Shown here: positions 13,601-27,400 of the stretch, piece after piece
Layout of the letters: each line of letters opens with the position of its first letter
Position numbering within the stretch: position 1 is the stretch's first letter
Source: Octopus sinensis
Lineage: Eukaryota
Direction: 5' to 3'
DNA: 64,000 nucleotides
Assembly: GCF_006345805.1 (NCBI RefSeq)
Contig: NC_042998.1
Span: 126,046,001 to 126,110,000 of the forward strand
Notes under the pieces: generated by a model
What the model saw: the letters and a program-made list of their open reading frames with translations, nothing else
The model's database searches: none
What the model was told of the DNA's origin: nothing
Made by a program: the position numbers and the translations under genes

Positions 13601-16600
13601 ACTATCTCTACATCATATGTCTATTTAAGCAGAGTTAATGCAACTTCAAAATACCAAATCAAAAGACAAGCAAAATCCCTCAAAAATCATCATTATTTAA
13701 TGTCTCTTTTTCTATGCTAGTATAGGGTGAACTGATGAACTAGAGGGCAGCACCAAACTCCAATGTCTGATTTGGTATGGTTTCTATAGTTTGATGCCCT
13801 TTCTAATACCAACCACTTCACGGAGTGCACTGGATGCTCTTTTCATGGCACCAGCACTGGTGAGGTCATCAAGTACTTACAAGACAAGATCCTTGAACTG
13901 AGTGGGATATAGTATTGAGGGATATGAAAGTAGGGATAGGACCAGGGGTCTTGCTGAAGTGTTGAATACATGGCTTCCCCCATCTAGAAAGAGAGAGAGA
14001 ATAGGGATAGAGGAACAGAAAAGATGGGCTGACAGTAAGTGCACTAGAGTGAAAAAAGTGCGACAGACGAATAGAGATGGGGATTGAGGTGGACACAGTA
14101 AATATCAGTTTGGGGGAGGGTAAGTGAAGAAAAGGAAATAAGAGTGGGTCAGTAATTCATATATAACCACAACCAATAGCCGAGATACTTATCTCTCTAA
14201 TGACTCAGTTTCCCACCAACTTTATTAAACTAAGAATAGGCAGTACAGTATAGGATAAAAAAAACCTGTTCATAAACAGTGGGAGCACTATAAAATTGCC
14301 AATTGTTCATTAGTCCAATCTTGGAAAGTGGTGAGCACAGCTAAAATGCCTTCTAACAATAATTTATTCTCTGAATATTTCTACTCTTTTACACCAACAA
14401 GTGTACATTATTATGCATTCAGTTATTGATTCTGCAATCACTACTTTGGCAAATATGGTGAAGTTTATGTTTCACTGACGAGGTTATGATAAGTTCAAAA
14501 TATGTCCAGAGTTGTCTCCTATACTTGCCAAAAGAATCAAAATAATACTCAGTGACTAAAATATTTTTTTTTCATTGCATAATTTTTTTCTGGTTAACTT
14601 CTTAATACTTTGGCATTGAAAATGTTAACACTTTTTTGTTTACCACCCATATTGGGGTGAGAAAAATCAGGCCCATTATCCTTTATTTTTCAACATCCTC
14701 AAGACTGGAGGGAGGAAGGATGGAAGTCATCTTCGAAGTGGAGACCTGACCTGAATACTTACAACAAAGTGATCTCCATTAAAGGAAGCTAAAGACCAGA
14801 TAGTTAAATCATATGACAGATTAAAGCTTATCTGAAATGCACTACATGAAGAGTTCTTCAGTGGTAGCTCTACATCCCAGCGAGTTGTGTGAATCACCAA
14901 CTATGTGTCTGAGTAAAGATTATAATGTTTAGTTACAGACCTGTGAGGGGGGAACATTGGCTATGGCTCTCTCATAAACTTCCCGAATTTGTTCCACTTC
15001 TCCATCAGCTTCTAGAAGACGCAGGTAGTCAAACCAGGCATCATAGTTCATTGGATTTGCTTTCACTTCCTGCAAAATAAAGATAATTCATTTTTTATAT
15101 TACACTATTTTATTAGATATTTACCTTATTAATGAACTGATCTAATAAAATAATTTTTAGCTTAAATAATGAACAATCATTATATAAGTTACTATACAAT
15201 GTACCTAATTTATTATAGAGTAATTTGCTTACATAGACAAATACCAAGTCAATTATACGACAATGAATTTGTTAGACCCAATGTTAATCTGTTTATAATC
15301 TGGATAGAAACAAAAATATTAAAACTAAATATGATAATATTACTCTTAATAAATAAAACCATCATCATCATCCTTTAATGTATGTTTTCCTTGCTAGCAT
15401 GGGTTGGACGATTTGACCATAGCTGGCAAGGTGAGATGCTGAACCAGGTTCCAGTCTGATTTGGCTTGGTTTCTATGGCTCGATGCTCTTCCTAATGCCA
15501 ACCACTGTATTGGGTGCTTTAACACACCATTGGCATGTACATTTTTACATAACACCAGCACAGGACTCTTAAAAAAAGATCTAACTACACATATGAGTTG
15601 ACTGTCTAAATATTTAAGATAGATTGTATTATAACTTCTCAGATCACTAACCACATCCTTATGGCTGAAATTTTTGCATCAAGCATGTTAATCTCTTGTT
15701 TATACATGTATGAAAGTTAAATACACTATAGTGATTTGATAATATCAAAAAATTATAATATAATAAATGAAAACAAATTAAAATATGTTTTTAAAAACAT
15801 TTCATTATTGGTGAAAAAAACTTTATGGAAAAACTGTCTACACATACAAAGTAACTAAACTGATATTCAAAAATCTTACCATAGACTCAATAACTTGATT
15901 CTCAGTAAGATTATTTTCAAACATTCAGTTCCACTGAACTCACATAACAACAGTTTTAAGTTAAACATTTTTAAAGTTTGTAATAAACAAAAAAAAAAAG
16001 GACATTAGAGTGCTAATAATATCCAGAGTCAAATTACACTTGGAATCAAAATTTCAACTCTGTTCTGAGAAAAAAGGGAACTAATACGTCAACACATGAC
16101 AATTTTATTTATAAAACATACTTAACTAATGATTCTAATATTACTACAGTAATTTATAAACCCTGTGTGTATACCCTATTTCACCAATTTTATTATCCAT
16201 TCCTAAGCTAGAAATATATCACCCTACCTCTTCATACTGGAATCGCCTTTTGCTGACAATGACATCTTCAATGGCTGTACGATCTCCATAGCGTTTCTCG
16301 TGCTTTGTATAATTCTTATATATTTCTGTACATTTCTCTTTTGGTAAACCATCTAAGGCAAACTTATAAATTGCTCGAGCTCGCTCATGCTGTAATAGAT
16401 TTTATTAAATGTATACAAATAAAAATTATAGAAAAATAAGACAACTGGTATTTCATTTTGAAAACAAAAACACAACATAATAAACTTAAGCAAATTACTA
16501 TAACCACATCTGTAAAAATTCCATGTTCAAAACTCTAAAATTGTTAGTTTACAAAGAACCATGAATTACATATCTTTCAGAACAGAATTTTTTCTGAAAC

Positions 16601-18979
16601 ATTCAATTTTTTGAGTTGGAGCAAAATATTGAAAAAGCAGTCTAAGGAGACAGTATCTATAAAAACTATGTTTTTGTTATACACTAGTCATCTCTTCAAC
16701 CTAAGGGCCATACAATCTTAACTCTGGAAAAAAATCAAACACATAGCCTTTAATTATCTTTCATATTATTCTGCTATACTACAACAATGCTGGTAAAACA
16801 CTAAAAAATTGTAATAAGCTATACTACATCCTCATAGTATGACTAGACTTAAACTCACAATCCCACTCAAGGAAGTATAGTATCAGCCCAACTGAACTGT
16901 AGATTCTAAAAAATAATATCAGTAATACAGACATGGTTATGGTGTGAAAAAAAACTTCACTGAGCAACCATATGGTTTGAGACTCAGCCCAAAATGTAGA
17001 ACCTTGGGCAAGTGTCTTTTACTATAGCCTCATGCTGTGCAATGCCTTGTGAATGAAATTTAGTAGATCATTAGACAAAATGTCTTTTGACATTTAGCTA
17101 TATCTCTTTAATTTCTGAGTTTAAATCATATTATAGTTGACTTTACTTTTCATTCCTTCAGAAATCAATAAAATTGGTAACATTAATATAAGGGAATTCA
17201 GTCAATGATAGCATTTCCTTAACTTGATGTTAGATAATGCTGCTCATAAAATGAATAACAACTAGTAATCTTGAATCCCATATAAAGTTTTGGTCTTGTG
17301 TTCAAGTCAGAAATTACAACATAGCAGATTTAAAGAGTACCAGATAGAATGCATTATATTTAGTCATGTTGCTTTACATTCTGTGTCCAAATCCTGCCAT
17401 AGTTTTCTTTGCTTTCTATCCTACTGAAGCCAATAAAATATGCACCAGTCATTAGTGTTGATTAAATCAACAACATGCATCTCCTATAATTTGTGACAAT
17501 ATAAAGAAAACATGACATCAAAAATTAAAGCTGTTTTCACTAAATGTTTTAAATTAATTTTCCTAGATTTATTTATTTTTGTCTGTCTTTTTCTTCAGAT
17601 AAATTGGAAGAATCATGAAAGTAATTTATAAAAGAAAAATTCTATTCCTTTTGTTGCAACTTTGGGTTTGAATTTACAACTTTTACTCCTGAAGTAAGAT
17701 TTTAACACTCTTATTCAGCTTACTGCAAATGTAGAACATATATAAACTAAAGATAAATCAAATACACCAAAGAACCAAAACCACCTGAAGCAATAAGTCA
17801 TCAGGAAACATACAGATATTTGTGGCATCTAAATGGGTAAAGAAAAACAAATAACACAGATAGCACTAATGAAACTCAAATATAAGTTAAAACAATACAA
17901 TTTAGACCTACCTCTTTTTGACCTTCTTCAAATTTGGCAAAAGCTATTAGCAAAGTTTCGTCCATATTATCCTCTCCAAAGAACTCTACTGCTCGTTCAT
18001 ACACCTTCCGTGCACTGTTAATATAGTTGTTCTTCTCCTCAAAGCGTGCATATTTGATCCAGTTCTTTACTTCAGGATGGACATATACAAGTGATTTAAG
18101 TCAAGGAAAGAGGCCAGAGACTTGAATTAAATGCAACATTTGTTAACCTCACTGATGATACACTAATATAAATCAATCAAACTATTAAGTTCAATTTTTT
18201 TATATTGTTACCTATGCTTTGCTCCAATTTATAACTTTTCCTGCTATATACCATATTTTTGGCTGAATATTTTATTTTTCAGTGTCAGTGCATATGTATT
18301 ATAATTTATATTATACATTTTGGGAAGAAAACCTGGAAATTTCCCTCCCTTCATAAAACCAACTTTAAGTCTGCTGTGAATGTGACCTTGGCATTATTGA
18401 TAACAATGATCTGCATTGGACAAATAAAATTTCTAAAATCATCAAGAAGGCTGAAAGTGCCTAAGCATCCCTCAATAAGACCTTTGATAGCCATTCACCA
18501 ACTATCTATTTATTTAAAGCTATATATATTTGTGGTACACTCACACTTAGTTTGCAACTCCAGACTGGAACTTCCTTTTTGTCCACAATACTATCTGCTG
18601 GAATACTCTCCATCAGTAATTTATGTCTTACTTCTTTGGATATCAGCACATTAAAGCATCACCATCAAGCAGCTGACATGAAAAAATCCCAAAAGATTAT
18701 CCACTGTCATTCCAACAACTTTAGCCATCATTTTGAATTCAATATCTCTACCACTCATGGATGGACATACTCTTTACTTGTTTCAGTCATTTGACTGTGG
18801 CCATGCTGGAGCACCGCCTTTAGTCGAGCAAATTGACCCCAGGACTTATTCTTTGTAAGCCTAGTACTTATTCTATCAGCCTCTTTTGCCGAACTGCTAA
18901 GTTATGGGGATGTAAACACACCAGCATCGGTTGTCAAGCGATGTTGAGGGGATAAACACGAACACATAAACAGACACAT

Positions 18980-19021
<42 letters not shown>

Positions 19022-21419
19022 ATATATACGACGGGCTTCTTTCAGTTTCCGTCTACCAAATCCACTCACAAGGCTTTGGTCGGCCCAAGGCTATAGTAGA
19101 AGACACTTGCCCAAGGTGCCACGCAGTGGGAAGGAACCCGGAACAATGTGGTTGGTAAGCAAGCTACTTACCACACAGCCACTCCTGCACTCATGCTTAT
19201 AAGATAAAAGCAGTAAAGTACTAATGAATTATGGAAGCATTTTGTATGCTCAAAATTTTTGAAGCATGAAATAAACCACCTGCATTGGTAGTTAGCTCTT
19301 AGGACACTGTAACCTTCAAACATTCCATCCTCCCAAAATTCACCAACATATCTCACATGCCCTCTTAATAACACTTTTACTGTTCCCTTTTCTGTCTTTT
19401 TATTTTATCCTGCGTATTATACATGTATTTTCAATATCACTGCTGTCTTCCTTTACTTCATTTATACCCAACCCTTCAACCCTTCTTCAATGAGTTGTAG
19501 TGTCTGAGCACAATATAATGCAATAAGCTCATTACTAATCACAAAATGTATACAATGTTTTGAACAAAATACCCTTTGATCAAAAGTATTTGCACTGCAT
19601 TTTGATCACTAACTTCTCCAATAGGTAACAGGTGTTTATACACACATGCCATATGAAATGAAACTATGGAAGATGAATTTTTTTGCGGCTTTTTCCAGGT
19701 AAATGTAAAACCCAAGTACACCCAAATTTAGTGTCTTGTTGCACTAAGCTCCCAGTCCTAACAATATTCATGGGTCCAGACCTCACTATTACCTCTGTGA
19801 TATGCCTCTACATGATGCAATTATTCTGCTTGCCTTATTGCCAATACCTATTAGTTCTTCACAACAGTAAAGTAAAAAGGACATCTAGCAGTAAAATCAC
19901 TTATTTTCAACATGGTACTGGATTCAAACCCTACATGAAACACTGTGCTTTCTATCTGTTGCTCTTGACACTCAGGTTTTACTCAAACAACAGTACTAAA
20001 ACCATATCTACTTTACTGTGTTAAAAAAGAAACAACTCGGATGTAAAAAGAAAAAAATATTGCCACATGCAAACAAAAAAAGTTTCAAGAATTTTCCTAA
20101 ACATGATAAAATGGTGAGGAGCAAAAACTGGTACAAAAAATTGTAAATAAATGAAAATAAAACGTCATAGAACAAAGAAAGGATATATCGTTCATAAATT
20201 GCACGTGCACGGTTAATTTCTTTATAGCGCAGTTCAAAGTTGATGTAAGAGTGCCAGGCTTGCTCTTCGGGATGCCACTCCATCCAACGCTCAAATACCT
20301 GTCGACTACCTGAAGAGATAATAAAATTCAAATAGTGACAATGAAACAGGAAAAGAAAAATAATATCAAATACAATTACAAAATATGACATAGAAATGGA
20401 AATAAATTATATGAAAATGTATGAATAACAATGACAATGAGGTTGATGTCATTGTTTTGCGTTGTCTGTCACAGTTCCTGATTTACATTTGAAATCCAAT
20501 TGATGTATGCCTCACCTGCTTCATGGATTATATATATCTTTCCAAGGATTATAATCACAAAGATGTTCCATTGCCAATTTCAACATCAACCATATGTAAG
20601 GCCTCCATCAGTCAATGTTAATCAATTATGGGCACATATATGTGCAAGATTTTTCTTTTGGAAAACAAGCAGTTGACCATGCATGCAAGTTTTCCCTTCA
20701 CTATGCCACTGATGTTTAGCCAAGGAAAAGGCAACCAGCTTGGAACAATATAGCTTGACACCAGTTTTGTCTCATGTTGTTGTCAGAATACAATGAACTA
20801 AAACACATCTACAAAGCATCTCACCCATTTCACTATCCTGGATTGGTACTTTATCATCAACCCTAAAAGGATGAAAGGCAAAGTTGGCATGGTGGTATTT
20901 GAGCTCAAAGTACAGAGAACTGGAACAAATTCTATCTATCACCCTAATGATTCTGCCAATCTGCCATTATAAACAAAAACACAGACATCACTCTTAAATA
21001 TTCTCAGCCTATGAATGCTTCAGTTGATGCACCTTAGCTAACCAATGTTCTCCAAAAGTACAAAGCTATTAAAGGTGCCTATTAGACACTCTTGCTCATC
21101 CCCAACAGCACAGGCCTGTGATGGACCATCACTTTAGATATCATTTTATCAAGTGAGATGTTATATATATCATTGTCATCATTATTTTCCATGCTGGCAA
21201 GGGTTGGACAATTCAACAAGAGACAGTGTCTGCTTTGGCAGGGTTTCTATGACTAGATACCCTTCCTAACACCAGCCACTTTACAGAGTGTACTAGGAGC
21301 TTTTCATGTGGTACCAGCAGTAGTGGGGTCACCAAATAACATGCAAAACAAGACCCCTGAACTGAGGGATGTAGTATTGAGGGAGGTTAAAGTATGAAAT
21401 TTAATCATACACAACCCTC

Positions 21420-21454
<35 letters not shown>

Positions 21455-24400
21455 ACTCAAAAGTCATACAGCATTAATATTCACACATCAGAATAGGACA
21501 TCACTATGTAATCGAAACGTATTTACCTGGTATATTATCCAGCATTTCCTCCATGTATGTGTATTTGTACCAGAATTGGTTCGCTCGAGGTAAGATAGTG
21601 ATGGCACGGTCCCAGATGTTTCTGGCATGATTGATTTGGCGATTTCTGAAAATTAATTTTTAAAAATAAAAATTAAAATTAAAAAAATTTTTTTTTAAAT
21701 AATAATAATAATTCTGTCAACTGAAGCATAACTTCAATAATTGATAAATGTGAGTTGATACTGTACATTAAAAAATTGAAAAACATTATAAGCACTGCAT
21801 ATGTATTGTTTTTAGGATTCTAGTTTATTTCAGACAATATTCCTGGAATATATGGAACCAATTTCTCACAAGTATGTACTGGCAACATGGATGATTAATG
21901 ATTAAACTATAAATCCTGAAGGCACAAGAAAACATTACTAACAGACATAAAATTAAAAAAACCTATGAGCTAATATCATCTTAGCTACTTGGCCATTTTT
22001 CATTTGAAAATATATAATCAAATGGCATAAATATTTAAAATAATGAACACTTACTTCATTTCCATTTCAGCATATTTTAACCAAACTGTGATGTTTCTGT
22101 GGTTGACATCTAAAGCTCTTTCCCACACAGACCGTGCTCTGCAGAAATAAAGAAAATTAAAATGTAGGATATATCTTCCATAATTCCAATGATTTGCTGC
22201 TGTATCTGAACTTTTTTATTAATACTGTGAATAAACTATATACATTTATTAGTAATTAAATATAACACAATGGTTTCTAAATCAATGTAAAGTAAATATG
22301 TAATATATAACATCAAGACTGACAGTTTATTATTTAATCTTTCAAAACATTATTAAATGACTTTAACTATATACTTGTAATGTAGGTGTTTAAAGTAGCT
22401 GTCATAATTACAAGTTGTTTTTTACTACTTTATATTATTTTGCCCCCATTTTGGGCATAAAGAGGATCTTATTAATTTAACTTGCTGCTATATATGAAAA
22501 AACATGAAAACTTATCCAAGATTTCTGAGAGATTAACAATTGAAAATAGAAGTACAGTAAATAATATTATAATATTATAAGCACCAATTTGAAGCTAAAC
22601 AGAGCAACAGGCCCACAGACAGGACTGAATATTCAGTGTCTACTTTTTGCCAGATGCCTTCATAAACAATTAGACTACAGAGTGCTTACCACACCATTTT
22701 CTCAAATTAGGCTCTATGAATATTTTCAGTAACAGAATCACCTAGCAAGAGATAGACGTGTGGTTCAAACCCAGTCAGAAAGCCTTTTCCACTTTTTGCC
22801 TCGAGTTAGTGATATCATTTATATTAAAATCTTAGTTAATCCAGAGAGTATAGTAGTTGGTGGGCATACATCAACTACTATACTCTTTATTTTCATCCTC
22901 AATATGGAAGGAAAATAAAGTATAACATAAATCAAACAAATAGAAACCTTTGAATTTCTTTTTGTGATTCTTCCCATTGGGCATACTTAATCCAGTTGCT
23001 CATCACAGTTCGATTTTTGCGGATATTGTCTTCATATGCCTGAAAGGAAGAGTGAAAAGATCAAATTTAACACCCCAGCAACATACAGTATTCAAATGGA
23101 GAAAATGGCATTTTTTTTTTTATTACAATGATGGGAAAGATAAAAAATTGACACAAAAACATTGATTTGTATCTTACATTCAAGGCCTAAAAGGGAATAT
23201 AATATTTATATATGTAGTGGTGCAACAATAAAATGCACCCAATACATTCTATAAAGTGACTGATGTTAGAAAGGGCATCTAGCCGAAATGAAATGTGTAA
23301 GTGAAACACAGTCCTTTGATACATCATGGAAAGCATTAACTCCACATAAGAACTGACTCAGTGAGTAATGAAACATCTAATCCATTCTAGCATGAAAAGT
23401 GGACATAAAATAATGATGATAGTAACAAAATACTAGATGCAGGTACTTCACCATTTTGATCCAAGTTCAAATCAAATCGAGAGTATATCCAATTCCAACA
23501 AAAAAATTGGCTTCATACCTAATCAAAGGAAATCAGATTCATATTCAGTCAATTTCCAAGAATTAACACACCGCCCAGGCCATTAAGCAAACCCATAATC
23601 ATGAGACATTTTAACCACAAGACAATGAACTATCACCACACACACACATTAAATGTGAAGTACCATACAGTTTCTATCTACAAATTCATTCACAAGGCAA
23701 TATAGGGCTAAAGTAAAACACACTTGCCCAAGGTGCCGTGCAATGAGCTTGGACCTAAAACCAAGTGTTTGCAAAGTGAACTTCTTAATCACACAGGCAT
23801 AAATAGTAAATGAAGTGAAATGTCTCAATGAAGAATCAACTCTGAGTCATATACTTAATGCCTTGTGATGAGAGATTAAGGAATTTCATACATTTGCAAA
23901 CGTAAAAGTTTATCAATTTTAACTTACCTTCCTTTTCTTGAGCCTATAATCTGCCAATTCCTCTGGATCTGAAATTTTCTGCTTGGGAGGCTACAAAAAG
24001 GATATATTTAGTTAAAATCAATATTTACTGGGAAATGTGAAAAGTAAATTTCTGCATATTATAAAGAATATAAGAAGAGATTTATTTCTCAAATATAACA
24101 ACCAAGGTAGGTAACTTCGACATTGTATCTAAGATTTTCTTCCTTGGTCTGATTGAAAACAAAATAATATACTATACAAATGATATATCAGACTCCTCAT
24201 GAATTATACTAGTACAAGCTGACCTCATAATATCTCCACAACAAACCACAAGTGGTTACAAAAAACACAAAATAATACACCTCTCCAATATTCTGAGTGT
24301 CAATCAGCATCTCATACAAACCGCTCTTCTTGAAGTACATCAAGTTGGATACATGGTAGATCCAAAATCCTGAAAGTGTGGAGGTCAAACTCAGTATCTG

Positions 24401-27400
24401 ACAACTAGCTAAATGACATAAGTCTACTCAAGCAGGGTTTATAGAAGCTACACAAGTTGACTAACAGATCAGATAAGGAACATAGATTTTTGAAAGAGAA
24501 CTTAAGTCATATTTAATGATTAGACTTATACTAAGGAAGCAGTTAATCATAAGATACTAATAATCCATTTAATCTATGATCCAGCATCTGGTAAGGTGTC
24601 ATGCAGTAGTTGGTAGTGAAAAAGAACTCAGTCCTGTAAAAGTAAACTGACACCTTTTTCTTTTTTTGTACAGTAGACTTATAGTCTTAGAAATTAGTGT
24701 AATTTGCATTTGAAACTAATGAAACATTTGTCAATTTTGCAGTGCTGTCACTGCTTATATTGATGCCATCTTGATCTGCATTTTCCTCATGTAACAAAGT
24801 AAATCAAGCAATTATCAATTGAATCTATAGACTCAATGTCATATCGAAGACAAGAAATAAATCAATGGGTTGTTGAGAAATTCCTTCTGGACTCAGCCAA
24901 ATGCAGTTCTTCTCAACTAACAGAAGGAAACTTATAAACAATAAATACTTTGGCAGTGGTGAGATTGAACACTATTAACAGATGAAAGCAAAACTTAGTA
25001 AAACAGAGCAAAATAATTCATGCAGATACTTACTGGTGGTACCAATTCCAACTCTCGCTCCTTTGCTTCACGCAACAGCTGTTCTGCAGTAATCTGCACA
25101 GGGGCTGGCATTTTGTTTTTAACCTGAAATATAACCAAATGAATATTAGACATATAACAGAATATCCTAGAACCACCCTTACAAGCTATGCAGATGATAC
25201 AAAAGTCTCACAGGAAATAGAAAACCCTGAAGATGACATGCATCTGCAAAAAGAGTTAGATGTAATATACAAGTGGATTGACAATAATAATATGAAGTGC
25301 AATGCTGGAAAGTTCCAAGCCCTAGGTTATCAGCAGACAAAGTTAAATGCTATGCAGACAAAAGACACTGAATTTTGAGGGATCACAGTTCCAGAATCAC
25401 GATCGGTGTGTGACCTGAGCATTGACATGAGTAATGATGCAGCCTTCCATTTACATATTGCTAAGTTGGCAATGAAATACAGGCCGCTGACCAGATGGAT
25501 TCTTAGAACTTTCATAACAAGAGGGTAAAAAAACCATGATGGTCCTCTGAAGGACATTTGTCCTAAGCCATCCTGACTTTTGCTCCCAACTATGTTCACA
25601 CACAATGTGAAATTAATAGAGGAACTTGAAGTGGTCCAGTGAAGCTAAATGACAAAAATAGCTTCAATGCAGCAAATTAGCTACTGGGAAAGATTCATGA
25701 TGCAAAGATTTTACTCTCTGGAATGAATGCAAGAAAGATATGCTGCAAAATACATCTGGAAGAGCTTGTCCAAAACCTTGGTGCAGAAAATTATACAAAT
25801 GCCAGAACAGGGCACCATTGCATAGTGCCTAAATCCCTCCGCTGTCCCAAAAATACAGAAACAGATACTGCAATAGTTTGGGATTCAAAGGTCAACAGCT
25901 CTTCTATATCCTCCTATAGGAGCTCAAAGACCTACATGATGTAGATGTATAAACTAAACTGGATCTCCAAATGTCAAAATCCCAGATGAACCAACTTCAC
26001 AGAAAGAAGCAGGAATGAGGGCAGCAGCAACAAACTCCCTCACTCACCCAAATGCCAACTATTAAAGGAGGATTAATGAAGGTGTAGCAACAACAGTTGG
26101 CAATGCAGGAGCATAGCCACAGTCCTTAAGATGAAAGTAGAAAAAAATAAAAATGTTGTTAGATAGCAATCATTTTATCAAATGCTACATCAATTTACAT
26201 TCTACTGCTTTTATAAACTCATTTCAAATTCATCATTTTCTACAATAAATCTTTGACCTTAATTCATCTTTACCCTCCATTTATCCACTACTTCTAACTC
26301 ACTTGCTTCTTTGTTAATCATACTAGTATATCCCATCTTCTAGATACCCACACTAAACATTTTGCTTAATCAATGCAATGAAGCAGCCTCTACATAGTCG
26401 CTTAAGTTGCTAGAAACAGCAACTAAATCTCCTTCAAATCACACCTCACTGTCTTCAAAAGGGCACAGTGGATCATGTGATTTTGTGTTCCTGCACATAG
26501 AAACAAAGCAGGATGGTCATTATTAGAATGTCTTCAATCATAATTCTGCTCAATCAGTGCTAAACTGAGGCTAAAAAAACAAGAACAATAGATTGATAGT
26601 CAGCTGAGTCAGAGAGGTTACTCTTCTTAGGAATAGGACACACTGTAATATATATCCAAATATTGAGATAGATATCCATCAGAAAAATAGAGAGAATGGA
26701 ATCTTTGCAGAGGATAACAAGCAGCTCTGAAGGTTATAGAATGAATAGAGATCATTGCTGGTGGATTGCTTACTTGAAGTGAACAGAAGCATTTTTACTC
26801 TTGGCATGTAAATGACAGTAAGATTGGAGAAGTGGAAGGTTTTCAAGGTCTTTTACCAAATGTATGCAATATGGAAATGGATTCAGACCAAGTAGCAAAT
26901 ATGGAAGCTTTCTCTCTGCAAATATTGCCTATGCTCAGTAAGCTCATCACAGCTGAGGAAGTGATGGGTAGTAGAATTCCACAAAGTTGATGGAAATCCT
27001 TTTTTGCAAGGAACCATAATGACCAGCTGCAGTATGAGAGATGGGTGTGCTTGCAGGCTGTGTAATATATGTGTACTTTTTGCATTTTAGATGGTTGTCT
27101 TGCAGAAGTTGGAAGTAGTAGCAGTGTTCTGAATATGAACTGTTGCAGCAGGTCTATGTGTGAGTGACTTAGGAGATTTAAGGTAATGGGTTTTGGCTAT
27201 GTGATAGGGATATGAAGGATCAAGCCTAACAGGATGATTTTAAGCCACCTATTTTCAATGAGTCAATTATGAAGCACATGTGCTGCTATGTATAGTTAGC
27301 ATGGAACTGATGTAGCTCTGATCAGTTGACTAATTTGATGAGCTATAAATTTTAGAAAGTAACATGAAAAAATGGTTGTGGGTGTGGATGAGGGAGAGAA

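Noticed and set aside
20008-20391. 127-aa ORF read as one long exon 7
   Set aside because: Homology covers only 20309-20187; the remainder is AT-AC intron read-through plus upstream intron.
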